Positions 12,929-25,885 of a stretch of DNA of 64,000 nucleotides are shown piece by piece (position 1 is the first letter of the stretch; each line of letters starts with the position of its first letter). The notes under the pieces were generated by a model. The model saw nothing but the letters and a program-made list of their open reading frames with translations. It had not been told where the DNA came from and did no database searches. The translations under genes and the position numbers were made by a program. This DNA comes from Macrostomum lignano (lineage: Eukaryota). The DNA is taken from NCBI GenBank assembly GCA_002269645.1, contig NIVC01000616.1, positions 124,001-188,000 on the forward strand. Reading direction: 5' to 3'.

Positions 12929-15900
12929 ATGAGCTCTGTTTGGAGAATTTTGCAAACTATTGCAACTTTTCTGATGCAGGCCTTTGAACTATCTGATAAG
13001 GAAGGCTTAGACTCCGAGGTGAGTGATCAAGCTGTCATTGAGGCGGTGACGGCGGACGACGCAGATCTTACCTACAGGTACCTACAGCGCAGGCCAGCAT
13101 TGGTGGGTATATTAGTTCCGATGGACGACAAATTGTTATCCCCACCTCACCTGGCCTGCAGACTGGGCAGGCGAAATGTGCTAGAGATATTCTTGGCAGC
13201 CAAAATTGACATCAACCTGGAAACAAAAACCGGCGAGTCGCTTCTTTACATCGCGTCGCAAAACGGGCACCAACATGTTGTTGATCTACTTATTAAGGCT
13301 CAAGCCGATGTCAACCTTCAAGAGTTCGAAGGATGCACTCCAATCTACATTGCATCACAGAATGGTCACAGTAAAGTTGTTGACCTACTCATCAAAGCTC
13401 ATGCCGATGTCGATCTTCAAGAGACTGTTCATTTCACCTCACCTCTCTACATTGCATCACAGAATGGTCATCTTAAAGTTGTGAACTCACTTATTAAAGC
13501 TCAAGCCGATGTGGATATTCAAGACACTGAAGACTGCTCACCGCTCTATATCGCAGCGCACAACGATCACCCCGAAGTCGTGCACGCACTAGTTGAAGCG
13601 CAAGCCAACGTTGACATTCAGGAAATGGACAAAATGACTCCACTTTACATTGCATCTGAGAATGGTCATCGGAAAGTCGTGGAGTTGCTCATCAACGCAA
13701 AAGCCAACGTCAATCTCCAAGAGATTGAAGGATGCTCACCCCTGTATATCGCGTCACAAAATGGTCATTTTCGAATTGTAGACTGGCTTATTCAAGCGAA
13801 TGCCAATGTCGATGTTTCAAAAGCGGATGGGATGTCACCTATCTTTATTTCATCGCAAAACTGTCATTATAGAATAGTCGAATTGCTCATTAAATCCCAA
13901 GCTGATGTTAATCTTCAAGAGGTTGATGGATGCTCACCTCTCTACATTGCATCGCAGAATGGTCATCGTCAAATTGTTGACCTGCTTATCAAAGCTCAAG
14001 CCGACGTCAATCTTCAAAGGAACACTGGATCTTCGCCTCTCTACATTGCATCGCAAAACAACCATCTCCAAGTTGTTGCCCTGCTTATCAAAGCACAAGC
14101 GAGAGTCAATCTCCAAAGAAGCACGGGCGAGTCACCTCTTTACATTGCATCTCAGAATGGACACATTCAAGTGGTTGATGCCCTTATAAAAGCGCAGGCT
14201 GATGTCAATCTACAAACAAGAAATGGCTCCACATCTCTTCACATATCGTCTCAAGAAGGTCACTTGACGGTAGTGAAGGCGCTCATTAGAGCACAGGCTG
14301 ACGTAAATCGTTCAAAAAACCTCGGAGAGACACCCATCAAAATCGCCTCGGAGGCTGGGCACCTCAATGTGGTAAACATGCTCATAAAAGCGCATGCAGA
14401 CGTCAATGCTTCAGGATATGCTGGCTCTACGCCTCTCGACATTGCCTCTCAGAATGGCCATCAAGAAGTGGTGGCCTCACTGATTAAAGCGCAGGCCAAT
14501 GTAGATCTCCAAAGACACACAGGAGTCACACCACTCTACACAGCCTCACAGAGAGGTCACCCGCAAATAGTGGACATGCTCATTAAAGCAGGAGCTGACG
14601 TTAATCTCCAAGAAAAAGTACAAGGCCCATCACCTCTCTATATTGCGTCACAAAACGGTTGCCAGACGATCGTTGACTCGCTCATCAAAGCACAAGCGGA
14701 CGTGAACCTTCGCGAATTCGATGGGTGCTCCCCTCTCTACATTGCATCACAGAACGGTCATCTGCCTATCGTAGACTCACTCATCAAAGCCCAAGCCGAT
14801 GTCAATCTTCAAAGAAGCGATGGAATGTCGCCTCTCGACATTGCATTCCACACCGGGCGCATTCAAGTCGCGAATTTGCTAGTCAGCGCGTTAGCCGACG
14901 TCCATCTGCGACAATCCAATGGAAAGTGGCAAATAGAAACTGCAACCAACGCGCCAAAGGCTTCAGATTCCATAGACATGCTATTCGACTTAAGCTTGAG
15001 CGAAGAAGAGGACGAAACTGTTCCCAGCCTAGAGACGGATTCTGAGTCTGATTGCTCGTGAGATATTGCAATATTTTCTTTAATAAAAGCTTTTCAACTC
15101 AATTCCTGAAACTTTTGAAACTGTTACGTTTTACTGGGACTTGATAGAATAAAACAGTTTCAAAAATACTTTAGTAGAAATTTTGAATTTTAGGCCCCTA
15201 AATAAAATGAATATGAACACTGATTTACATATTTTAGAACACCTCCAGACGACACAGAGCTAAGCCGGCAACTGTACCTGGCACTCTCTCAGGCAGGATT
15301 CGTAAACTCGAGAGCTGCGCTGCAGAGTGCAGCAGCCGATGTTTTGCAAGAAATCTTAAGAAAGAGGCTTGAGAATGAAGACCAGTTTGTAGTCGGCAGC
15401 TTCTCCGAAGGCTGGGGCAACAGTCTGAAGACACTCGACGGTCGAACTGACATCGCGTCCGATATTGACGTGCTAAGTTTGACTCAGGGCCGCATGTACC
15501 ACCTGAAAGGCATCTGTGAGTGCGCGGAAGAAGAAACATTGCTTCATGAGTACAGTAACGGCCACATTGTGTGTTCCGGCTTCGGTAAGAGTTTCTCTGA
15601 GATTGGTATTTGTTGTGTCTTCTGTTTTTTGTGACAAATCAAAGGAACGAGTCTGGAACTTAAAATGTTAAATTAACCAGCCGATCCTCGGCTTTTGTTT
15701 TTTTTTTATTTCTGCAAGCCTAGCTTGCTCTCGTTACGCGTAGATTGCTAAGGCGTACGGTGCGCTTGGAAGCAAATCATTTTGTTTATGGTTCGGCTTG
15801 GCTTATACCTTATAGCCACAGCAGTATTGTAATACGAGCGTATTATGCCTGTAGTTCCGGTAATCAACTTTTTCGGTATACCTCTTGAATCTAGATAATA

Positions 15901-17418
15901 TTATTGCTAATACAGATTCCATGTAATAATTGACTCACAATTGTTTTTCGCAAATCCATTCCAGCTTCCAACCCAGCTCATGCGTATTCCGGAGCCACTC
16001 TGAGACCAGCAATTGACGATGTGACGGCTGGCCGGGTCTGCCGGTACCCGCCCATTGCGCCAATCCAGACGGACAGAGTCTCCAATTCCAACATTCCCTT
16101 GTCAATACTACAGGCGCTTCAAAATGACATCAACTCTGCCTCATCTCCCTGCCATGCTGTGCATGCAGCATCTCCAGGTCGAGGAGGTCAAGAACTCCGT
16201 GTTAGCACTAACTTTCTGGAGAAGAGAATGCAGCGATGTCTCACCACCCTGCAAGGACAGCTGTTTGTCACGCTGAAGTATCTAGTGAAAAAGGTTATAT
16301 GTCACAGTGATGCATTTAACATACAAGGTTTGAAGCCGTACCACGTAAAGACCATCACTTTCCGAATGCTGGAGGAGACGCCGGTCGACCAGTGGAAGCC
16401 AGAGAATCTTGTGCATCTGACGAGGAGATCACTGCAGATGCTGCTTGACAGCGTCCAGAACAGTCGAGCTCCAGAAAATATTCATGGCCGGATCATGGAG
16501 CATTTCTTCCTGAAGGATGCCGCCCTGTACCTCAAAGGCGCAGTTCAGAGAGACGGCAGTATGTACCAGACTCTAGGCGACATCGCAAACACACTGGAAA
16601 CGGTGATTCATCAGCTGCCTCAGCTGTTGCAGCAGTTCAGCCGTGCTCTGAGGCCCGTGAGTGACTCGGGAATTTTCTTCTTTCACCCGTTCCAAATCCT
16701 ACCGGATATGAGAGAGGCTGCCTTGCCGAATTCAGACGTCATCGAGTATTATGAGATCTACGATGTGGTGAGGGAATGTGTGGCAAAACTCTCCTTCACC
16801 AGCTACAGCATTCAATCTCAATATTCTTTAATAAAACTGATTGCCCGGCTGCCAGACTGCGCCTGCTCAGCACGGGATGCCTTGAGAACTTTAGCCTGCT
16901 TAAAGTTCGGTGACCGAGAAGCTGCTGAGACAACTGTGCTTCGCAGTAGTGGCCACCAGGTGTGCAGGGGCATTTCATGGCCAGCTGAAAAGTCGTCTAC
17001 CGAGGCCTCTGAAGAGTTCGTCTGGCGGCATCTGCGAAGCCGGGACTCCGCGTGGAAGTTCTGCTTTTACTATGAAAAGCAACCGGAATTTCGGTTTCTG
17101 AAAGGAGATCTGACCGACATCTTTCCGGTTCGCCTGGACAATTACGCTGTGTACTATTACATTAACTTTGACGCCCTGCTTTGGGCTCTGCGGTTTGAGC
17201 TGCTGGCAGACAGGGACTCCAGCGGCCAGGACTGGATTCGAGACGTGGCCGACCGCGAAGACGCAGACGAGCAGGAGCTTCGAGTGGCCGCCACCTACTA
17301 TGCCTGTCGCTGGCGGAGAAATCTTCTGCTGAAGAGACTGGCAGGCTCTGGATCCCCTAGCCAGCAGAGTGTGCTCAAGAAGCAGCAGGTTGAGCGGAAG
17401 AGCAGGAAAAGGAAGTAG
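12929..17418 (+). CDS. Ankyrin-repeat / cGAS-like (cGLR, Mab-21 family) nucleotidyltransferase fusion, about 1309 aa, 3 exons
   Basis: Exons 12929-15057, 15238-15584, 15965-17418. Intron 1 TC|GTGAGA...TTTTAG|A is phase 2 and removes the TGA at 15059. Intron 2 G|GTAAGA...TTCCAG|CT is phase 1. Total 3930 nt in frame. About 18 ANK repeats (SPLYIASQNGH). NTase motifs ELSRQLYLAL, GSFSEG..SDIDV and AIDDV; Mab-21 C-terminal motif KPYHVKTITFRMLEE...W..ENL...MEHFFL. Confidence 0.85.
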
Positions 17419-18791
17419 TTTTGGAATTACTCTACTAATGAAAAAGATTTCAAAGCTATTGCCCGTTATTGTCTTCATGCGCTATTTTGGCTGTGCAATA
17501 AGTACGAGTACTCAAATTATTGCTACAGACTCAAATCCATTTGTTGTCTCTCCACCCGATCCGCGCCCTTTACCTCAGAGCCACTATAGCTATGCTTAGC
17601 GTCTGTCTCTCTGACTGCTGTCTTCAAAAACAACATTTCGTATACCAAAGTACGTGTTAGCCATCATTTTTAATAAACCACCGAGCTACTTATTAATTAT
17701 ACATGCCAAAAGCATTGGAAACGGAACTGGAATGTCATATATGCGTGAAGCAGCAAATAATTAACAACAGATAGCACGGCTGGCACGTCTCATATGGTAA
17801 AAAACACAATACATTAACATAACATTCCAATATCAATGAAGTTATTGTCTAGCACTGTTTTTAACAATTTTTCTACGAAATCTGTTCCGTGATAATACAC
17901 CTTTTGCAAGCTTTGTTACCTGGACTCTCATGTTGAATTACAATTTTTAAATTACTAGCTTGTATTATTGTTATTGAAATTATTACATGGCATTGGACTG
18001 CAGTTGGGCAAGACTCAAGAGTTCCATTGTTATATTTTCAATGTATTTGTGTCTACATGTAGCTATAATACAGACATTGCTTTAAAGACGCTACTTTTTG
18101 CTGTAAGTAAGTGAATTCTATGAAGAATTCTAGAATGCTAGAATTTACTAGTTGTATGATTTTTAGCAAGTCTGCAACATTCTCCCAATTAATACCTCGT
18201 ATATTGTGGTCTTTAAGACACCGTGCGCAGGAATGCTGACAGAATTCCTCCCGCAGAAATGATTTGGACATGTCTGGGACGCTTTTTACTGCACTGCTGT
18301 GTGCAATCATAAATTTATTATTAAATATCAAAGTTAAATATTTGGATACCACAGTAGTCCTTGAAATATCGAACGAGCATAAAAAGATGCTTGGAAAAGA
18401 CGGAATAAATAACAAGCCGAATTGGCCAAAAAAAAGATTGAGTTTCTTTTACTGTACTTACTGTTACGAGTACTGTAAGAAAGCTTTACAAAAATCCATA
18501 GAGCTATTGGCTTCCAGAAAATACAAATTTTTAAATGGGAAAGATGCCAAGCTCAGTCTCTATCTGCGTAGTGTCTTGCATGAAGCTCGAATTTTCTAAA
18601 AAAAGCATGTGGCCTCACGTCTTTACTGGAAGCCACCTGAGTCGTACTTGTTCTCGGATGGCATTCAATGGAATCTCGAGATTAAATGACTGAAGCTGTA
18701 TATAAATGGTATTTTTTAAGTGAATTACGTCTAAAGTTGCATTATTTACTGAAGAGCTTCAGTCATCGCCTTCGTTGAATTACGGCGGCAC

Positions 18792-21700
18792 TTAAGAGGC
18801 CAAGTCGTCTGCAGGCCCGTCGTCGTTGTTCACCGTGCTGCGCGTGTCGTTGACAGTCGCATCCTTGGCTGACTTGGCCTTGCTGCACCGAAATGGGCCC
18901 ATGTAGCTCGACCTTGGCAATTAGAAAGTGGGCAAAATCAATCAACCAATGGCATGTCTACATATAAAAACGAAAACTCTGTCTCGCCCAGGTCGGCACC
19001 ATATAGTAATCTTACTAATTTTCATAATAATAGTAGCGTTAAAGTGGGTAATCTTACTAAGATTCTTACTAAGATTCGTAGTAGGATAAGGCGAAATTAG
19101 TACTTCTTACTACGACTTTGTTAGCTAATCTTGGTAATCTTATCAGGTGATCTTGGTAATCTTATTAGGTGCACAGTAGCAGAATTAGGGGGGGGGGGCG
19201 TCCCTAGGCGCCAAAAACATCGCCACAATGTTGATGCAATGTTGTCCGTAAATGTCATAATGTTGCTTTTGTTGTGGCAAATGAAGCACTGTTGACATGT
19301 CAACTTTCGCACGGAATGCTACTAATAGTACTAGTATATATACCTGAAAATGTGTATTTTCCATATAAAAAAGAAAAAATCAAACTCGACGGGGGGCGCG
19401 CGCCCTGTGCGCCCCCCCTCTAAGGCTCTAAATCCGCTACTGGTCATTGCAACAAGTGTGAAACCATAATAATCTTTAGTGTTTTCTTGAATACTAGCTT
19501 ACTAAGAAGATGACAAAACTTCTTTGTAAAAGTAGTAAGTTACTTATTAATATTCTACTAATAATACCAAGAAGATGATCTTAGTAATCATAATATGAAT
19601 CTTAGCAAGAAACTACAAAGATAACTACGAATTGTGTAATCTTAGTAAGATTAAACAACCTAAGACTTATCTTGCGAAGATAACTATATGGTGCCCGACC
19701 TGGGTGCGTACAAATTTGTTCGCTATGGATTCCCAAACCACTCAGTCAAATAAATACAAAGTATCAAATGAGATGAATTTGCACCTTCAACTCTTCTATA
19801 ACTAGTTTTACGACGTATAACTAAACTAAACTTCATTCGAAGTCCTAATCCTACTTAAATTTGACACAATCTGCAACTTTTTGACACAATTCTGTAAATT
19901 TTCTAGTCTCGATATTGGTCTTGTCTGAACGGTGCTATTCACTTTTAAATTTACTCTGTTTTCTTCTGCGAGACAACCACTTAACCTCCAGCTGTCTTCC
20001 TCGGTTTTGACTCTTAAAAAAAATGTCTCAACTCTGTAACTCAATAGGACGGAAACTGTAAGCATGTGAAGTTCATCTGCTTTTGCTTTGATTTTCGATT
20101 TGCTTCAAAATACTTCAATTTTTTACCTCCCATCTCTATCTTGAATGTTATTAGGCTTTTGTTTGAGTATGAATTTCAATGTCAGAATGCAGAATGCAAA
20201 AATAGTTCCGGGGATTGGGATTCAGCAGGTTTCAAGAGCTTGTATCTGCATATATGTATAGTTCGGAGAAGCATTTAAATCGTTTTGCCTCAGTGTAGCA
20301 ATGTATGTACGAGCTATGTAATGTATGCATTTGTGTGTAGGTATGTATGATTGTATACGTGTGTGCCTGTGAGTACGAGCTTATTTAGGAATTTGTGTGC
20401 ATGTATTGCATGTACATGTATGTACGAGCTATATATGTAGTACGGATGTGTGTGCATGAATTTATGCATGTCTTAATTTGCCTACTTTTGTCTATAGGCT
20501 GCGGCTGCATGCAGCAGATGGCAGATTTTCATATTGGATGCCTAGTCATTCAGGGACTCAGTTCGGTGCCATGAAATCTTTCTTAAGGACTCCGCTCACT
20601 AATAAATCTTACCTGTCGTCGTCAATCTCTGCACCGGCTCCCGCTGCGTCGCCTCCTTCCCCGTTTGGCGAGTCGGGGACCGATGGCTGTGACGGCAAGC
20701 TCTGCTCCGCAGTGCTCAACTCCATTTCGATGTCCCGTAGGATTAACTCGGTCTCAATGGCCGGTTCGCTGAAATTGGCGCAGGCTTAGTGTAGAACCCT
20801 AACCGCAACGCGTTACAATGTTACAATGAACCCTATTTCAACTTTGTGCATCTGTTCGGACTCTGATTTTTATGAAGTAACAGCTAGTGAAATTCACAGG
20901 CCATGAAATTCAGGGTTTCTGACCAGTATCCTGCTATTATGACGTTTTATAGCAGACTTGCTCTGGCGCTTCAGTAGCTTACATGTACATATCTGCATCT
21001 GCTACGACTGCTCGCTGCTTCTCATTACTCACCCGCCGCTGTCCTCGGGCAACTGGAGGCCTCTTCTCTGCATCTCCAGTCTCACATCGGAACTGGCCCA
21101 GGATGACAGCTGTGCCAGCAGCCTCCTGCTGCTGTCGTCCCCCAGTCCCGCGTTCTCAGCGATCAGAGTCGCGCAGACCAGGCAGTCGCGATAGACCGCC
21201 ACCATCAGCGGAGTGACACCGTTGGAGTCCGTCACATCGAGACTGGCTCCGTGCTGCTGGAGAAGCTGGAGGATGTCGGACCTGCCTGCCAAAACCGCGA
21301 GATGCGCCGGCGTCCGACCCTGTCCGTTGGCTTTTTTCGGATCAGCTCGTCCGTCGCTTAGCAGGAACTCGACAACGTCTTTGAAGCCCCGACGGCAGGC
21401 GTACATGAGCGCCGTGTTTCCCTGCTGATCCGCGTGGTCGAGCGGCAAGCCCTGTTCGCATGCAAACTTCACAATGTTCAGGTGACCTTCCTGATCGGCG
21501 CTAATGCAGGCCAAGTGCACAATGTCTCTGCCCTTCTCGCTCCTGTGGCCAATGTTGCAGTCGTAGCCCTGGAGCAGCTTCAAGGACTTCAGATGGCCCC
21601 TGCTGGCGCTCTCGAGAACCGGAGTGTTCCCGTCACGATCCGCCAAGTCCAAGGGAGCATTATTCTCTCTGAGAAATCTGAGCACATGGGCATGCTTAGA

Positions 21701-24700
21701 AGTGGCGGCAATTTGAGCCAAACTCCTCTGATGACCATCGCGATGCTCTTTCCAGTCGGTCATTTCAGAGGTCACTTTTTGGATCAAATGAAGGTTGCCG
21801 GATGCCACAGCCCAGCTAATGGTGCCCTTGGCAGTCGGCTCGTCATCGGCTATTAGCTGTGCACCTCGCTTGACCAGCCAGTCTGCGATGTGCTGGTGAC
21901 CGCGTTGCACAGCCAGGTGGATGATGCAGTCGGGCAGCGCGGGATCTTCGGCGTTCTGGTGCAGAAAATTGGCGACCTCCTCGTGCCCGTTGAGCACTGC
22001 GAGCTGAAAGGGCGTCAGTCCTTGGGCATTCAGCTTCCTAAAACAGTCGGGACAGGTCTCATGAATGCGCTTGAGAATGTTTAAGTTTCCATGCATTGCG
22101 GCATAGTGAGCGCTGTTGCATTTATTGCTGCAGGTCGCAGCTTCTTTGAAGCCTTTTAGTAGCAGAAGTTTAAACACTGAGAGGTTGCCAATGGCTGCGG
22201 CAAGTTGCAGGGGCGACAGTGTGCCAGAAGGCTCAGCGGCATCTGGTTGAGCAGCTATCTGGCAGTGATCGAACAGCCACTGAACCAAGCTCAACTTGCT
22301 TTTCATCACTGCCACGTGCAGTGGTGTGCGGCCTTCAGAGTTTCTGATGTCCGTGCGGCAGTTCATGGCGAACAGCTCGGCGGCCATGTCCAGTCTTCCT
22401 GTCATGAGTGCACAGTGGAACGCCGTGTTCCCCTGAGCATCCTGTTTGTCTACAATGTCAGCGAGGAAGGCGCATCTCGAGTTCCTTCTTAGAGACCGCA
22501 ACAGTCGAATGTTCCAAGTTCGAACTGCGTGGTGGAGAATAGTTGCTCCCTCGTTGTCAATTTTTTCATCTAAATGTAAGCCTTTATTCAAAAGAAAGTC
22601 CAGGTGCTTGATGTCCATGTGCTTGAAAATTTGCTCCATCTTGAGCACACTGGCTACGTGCCTCATGCTCAATTGAGCTTCCCTTGCAGCCAGAATATCC
22701 ATGATCTTCACCGAGTTCAGTGCCGCCGCCAATGAGTAAACTGACAGCCCGAGCTTGTTCTCGGCGAGTGCGTCCGCCCCTCGATCAAGCAGAAGCGCGG
22801 CCGCCTTCTCGTTTCCGAATCGAATCGCGCTGAAAAGTGGCGTTTCACCTTCATTGTCTTTAAGGTCAATAATTTCTGACAGACCCTTAGAAAGTAGTAA
22901 TCGAATGATCTCCTTGCTTCCACCGGCAGCCGCAAAGTGATGCGCGCTTTTGCCATCTTTATTGGTTGCTTTTACATCCAGTCCGGGTGCTTCAATCAAG
23001 TCTTTCAGGGCTTTAATTGCGGCGTCTCTTGTGACGAATCCCTGTTGCAGATCAGATTTTACGCTGGAATCCGGGACGTCATTCCCGTACATTTCGAGTG
23101 GGGGCATCAGTTTTTGCTGGTTATTTGAATGCTCCCTGGACTCAGGGTTTTGCAGCTTGGATGTGCATTTCTTGCCGCAAAGTATGAGAAGGGCATTGTT
23201 GCCCTCCAGATTGACTTCCGATGCCCTGGCTCCAGCCTCAAGTAACAGGGGAATCAGTCTTACGTGGCCATTTTTCACAGCAACAATCAGGGCGTTGTCG
23301 CCCAGCGAATTCTTGTAGTTCAGGTGCACTCCTTGCTCAAGCAGAAACTTCACTATGCCTTCGTTCCCATTGGCGCACGCGATAGTGAGGCAGTTTTCAC
23401 GTGATTTTGTTCGACTTCTTAGGGAAACTCGGACATTGGCGCTTTGCGTTTTCTTGAGAATTTCCAGACTTCCGGATTGACACGCCAGGTGAGCAACGGT
23501 GCGATCTTCGTGGTCCACTGTTTCATCGATTCTGCCATGGTTGCTCTGAAGGATATTCAGGATGGATTCGCAGCCAAGCACAACGCTTAGCATGACAGGC
23601 GAAGTTCCAGAGTCATCCAGTGCATTTGGATCGCCAACCCCCTGATCGAAAAGAAAGCGAATGGCCGCCTCGTTCTTGCCCTGGACGGCATAGTGGAGAA
23701 CAGTTTTCAGTGCATAGTCGGTGACAGAAAATGAGCACTTAATATTGTGCAGAAACATCAGGAACTCGCGGTCTTGCTTTTCAGCCGCCAACATAACTGG
23801 AACAACGCCGTTCCAATCCGGCTGATTAAGTTTGGCGGCATTGTCGTGAAGAAGCTTTATCAGGTTCAAAGATCCTGACTGACAGGCGAAGTAAGCCGGC
23901 GTCTTGCCATCGTGATCAACTGCATTCACGTCGGCACCTTTCTTAATCAGGAACCTGGCCATGTCAAACTTGTTGCTCGAGCAGGCCAGCATAAGTGGCG
24001 TGACGCCAGCGCTGTCCTCCTGGTCCATGACGCAGTCGAACAGGGACAGGCACTGGACGATTTTACGGCTGTCCGGTCAGAAACTCCAAAATAGCCAATG
24101 AATTTTTCGTGGCCTTCAGCGCCTCTAGAAGAAGAGAATTTCCGTCGTGGTCCACCGTCTGCAGATCGGCTCCTTTTTCATGCAAGTACTTGACGATGTC
24201 AAGCTCCCCTTTGGAAACAGCGTAATTCATAGCAGTTTTCCCGAATCTGTCCTTGTGGTCAACCATGCACATTTTCGACTGGCCTGTCAGGAGTTTTATA
24301 GCATCGAACGCACCATTCTGAACGGCAATGATCAGTGGCGTCATGCCGTTAATATCCGGCTCGTCGAGGCAAACTTTTCGTTGTAGGAGAAACTGCAGCA
24401 GCGCCACGTTGTTTTCTCTGACAGCGTAGAAGGCCACAGTGTGCCCGTGGCTGTCTTTCCTGTCAAGTCGGAATTTTTTGTCTGCTAAAAACCGAACCAT
24501 CGACAGCGATTTGTTCCGCGCGGCGCAAAGGATGGCCGTCTCTCCCAGCCGATCAGGGGTGTCCAGATTAGCGCCCCGCTCTCCGAGCAGCATCAGTATT
24601 TCTTCCTGCTTGCTGGCAGCCGCTCTCAGCGCCGGCGTTACGCCGCGAATATTTTGGACATTCATATTGCATTTCTGGTCAATTAGAAACTCCAGGGCTT

Positions 24701-25832
24701 GAATTGGACCTTTCTGGCTGACTGCCAATAAAGGCGTCTCCTCGGTCCTAAGACCTGGTCTGTCAAGTTCAACGGCCTTGTCCGCGAGAAACTTCAGAAA
24801 CTCGAGCACATCGTTTTGCCTGAATGATGCCGCCATCAAGCTGAGCTCTCCCATCTTTCCATGCCCTTCCAGTGAACATTTTTGCTCGACTAGATACTTC
24901 AGCATCTCAATTGGGCCATGAGCAACTGCCAGCTGAGCAGGGGTGAAATTTTGCTCCGCTCGGTCGAAAATCGGAGCCTCCTTCTCTCGGAGAAGCTCTA
25001 AGATTTCGAAATTCCCGGCTTGAATGGCCACCTTGATGCACTCTGTGTTTTGCTTCACATCGCATCCGTTGTCAAGCATGTACTTCACGGCATCGTAAAA
25101 ACCGCTCCGGATTGCGCAGCAAAGTGGGCTGTCTTCATCAGACGGAACTTTGCCATTGAAATTCACGTTAAAGTACTGCAGCATCTGCGTGTGGCCGCAG
25201 CGGGCCGCTTTGGATGCCAAGCTCAGTTTGGTAGCGTAGGATCCGTCACAACTTCTCTCTATCATAAAGCAGACCACATGGATCCAGTTTTTCTTCACAG
25301 CTTTTTCAAGAATGCCGGCTATGGGCTGTTCATCAAGCTGGTGGATGCACGATTGCTTGTCTTCTAACTTTTTAGCAATTTCAGTGTGGCCAAAGTACAG
25401 CGCGTAATACACAGCCGTCAGACCCTCGCTAGTCTTCTTTTTCACGTCAATTTCTTTGCCGAGAAGCTGGTCCACGATGATTTCACTGCCTACTTGAGCG
25501 GCACACATCAGGGGAGTCAGACCCGCCTTGTCGCATTTGTCCAGATCTGCGCCCTTGTTGATCAGAGTGCCGACCAAGTCGTTGTGGCCGGCCAGGGCTG
25601 CCAGGTGCACTCCAGACTGGCCATCGTCATCTGTGCAGTTGACATCGATGCCTTTCTGCAGAGCTTTGTTCACTGAGTGCCAGTCTCCTGATAGGATTGC
25701 TGCAAAGAAGCTGCTCTTCTCCGCCTCTGCTTTCCGCTCAGCTTCCCGGCCGGTACTTGGCAGACACTGCTTGGCCGGCAGCAGAAACTTCTCTAGCATT
25801 TGGCGCAATTTTTTTCTTATTGTCTTATTGAC
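18792..25832 (-). CDS. Very large ankyrin-repeat protein (about 1700 aa if repaired) with one internal frameshift; 5' end unresolved
   Basis: ANK ORFs 24063-25808 and 21029-24028 lie in frames offset by one base with no room for an intron. Inferred 3' exons: donor GG|GTGAGT at 21032; exon 20768-20613 (TTTCAG acceptor, AG|GTAAG donor, EPAIETELILRDIE..DDDR); last exon 18912-18792 (SSYMGPFRCSK..LAS*). All are phase-compatible. Possible acceptor ACAG before 25832. Confidence 0.65.
18987..19704. mobile_element. MITE-like element with about 21-bp terminal inverted repeats
   Basis: CCCAGGTCGGCACCATATAGT (18987-19007) and ACTATATGGTGCCCGACCTGGG (19683-19704). AT-rich interior with TAATCTTACTAAG repeats in both orientations. 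No clear TSD. Confidence 0.7.
19174..19442. mobile_element. Inner MITE-like element with CAGTAGC termini
   Basis: CAGTAGCAGAATT at 19174 and AAATCCGCTACTG ending at 19442; subterminal G and C runs are complementary. No TSD seen. Confidence 0.55.
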
Positions 25833-25885
25833 CTGTCGTTGTAACCAGAGTTGGGAGCTTTTAATAAATGTACCGATTTTTCAGT

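Larger units (their letters stand above)
18957..20470 (+). mobile_element. Helitron-like element in an ANK-gene intron, interrupted by nested MITEs
   Basis: Head TCTACATATAAAAACGAAAACTCTGTCT matches 5576. Homology resumes at 19705 (TTTGTTCGCTATGGA..) after the insert. Confidence 0.6.

Noticed and set aside
24029-24062. Intron or programmed frameshift joining the two ANK ORFs
   Set aside because: No suitable GT-AG pair restoring a full repeat and no clear slippery heptamer; the missing half repeat points to a deletion.
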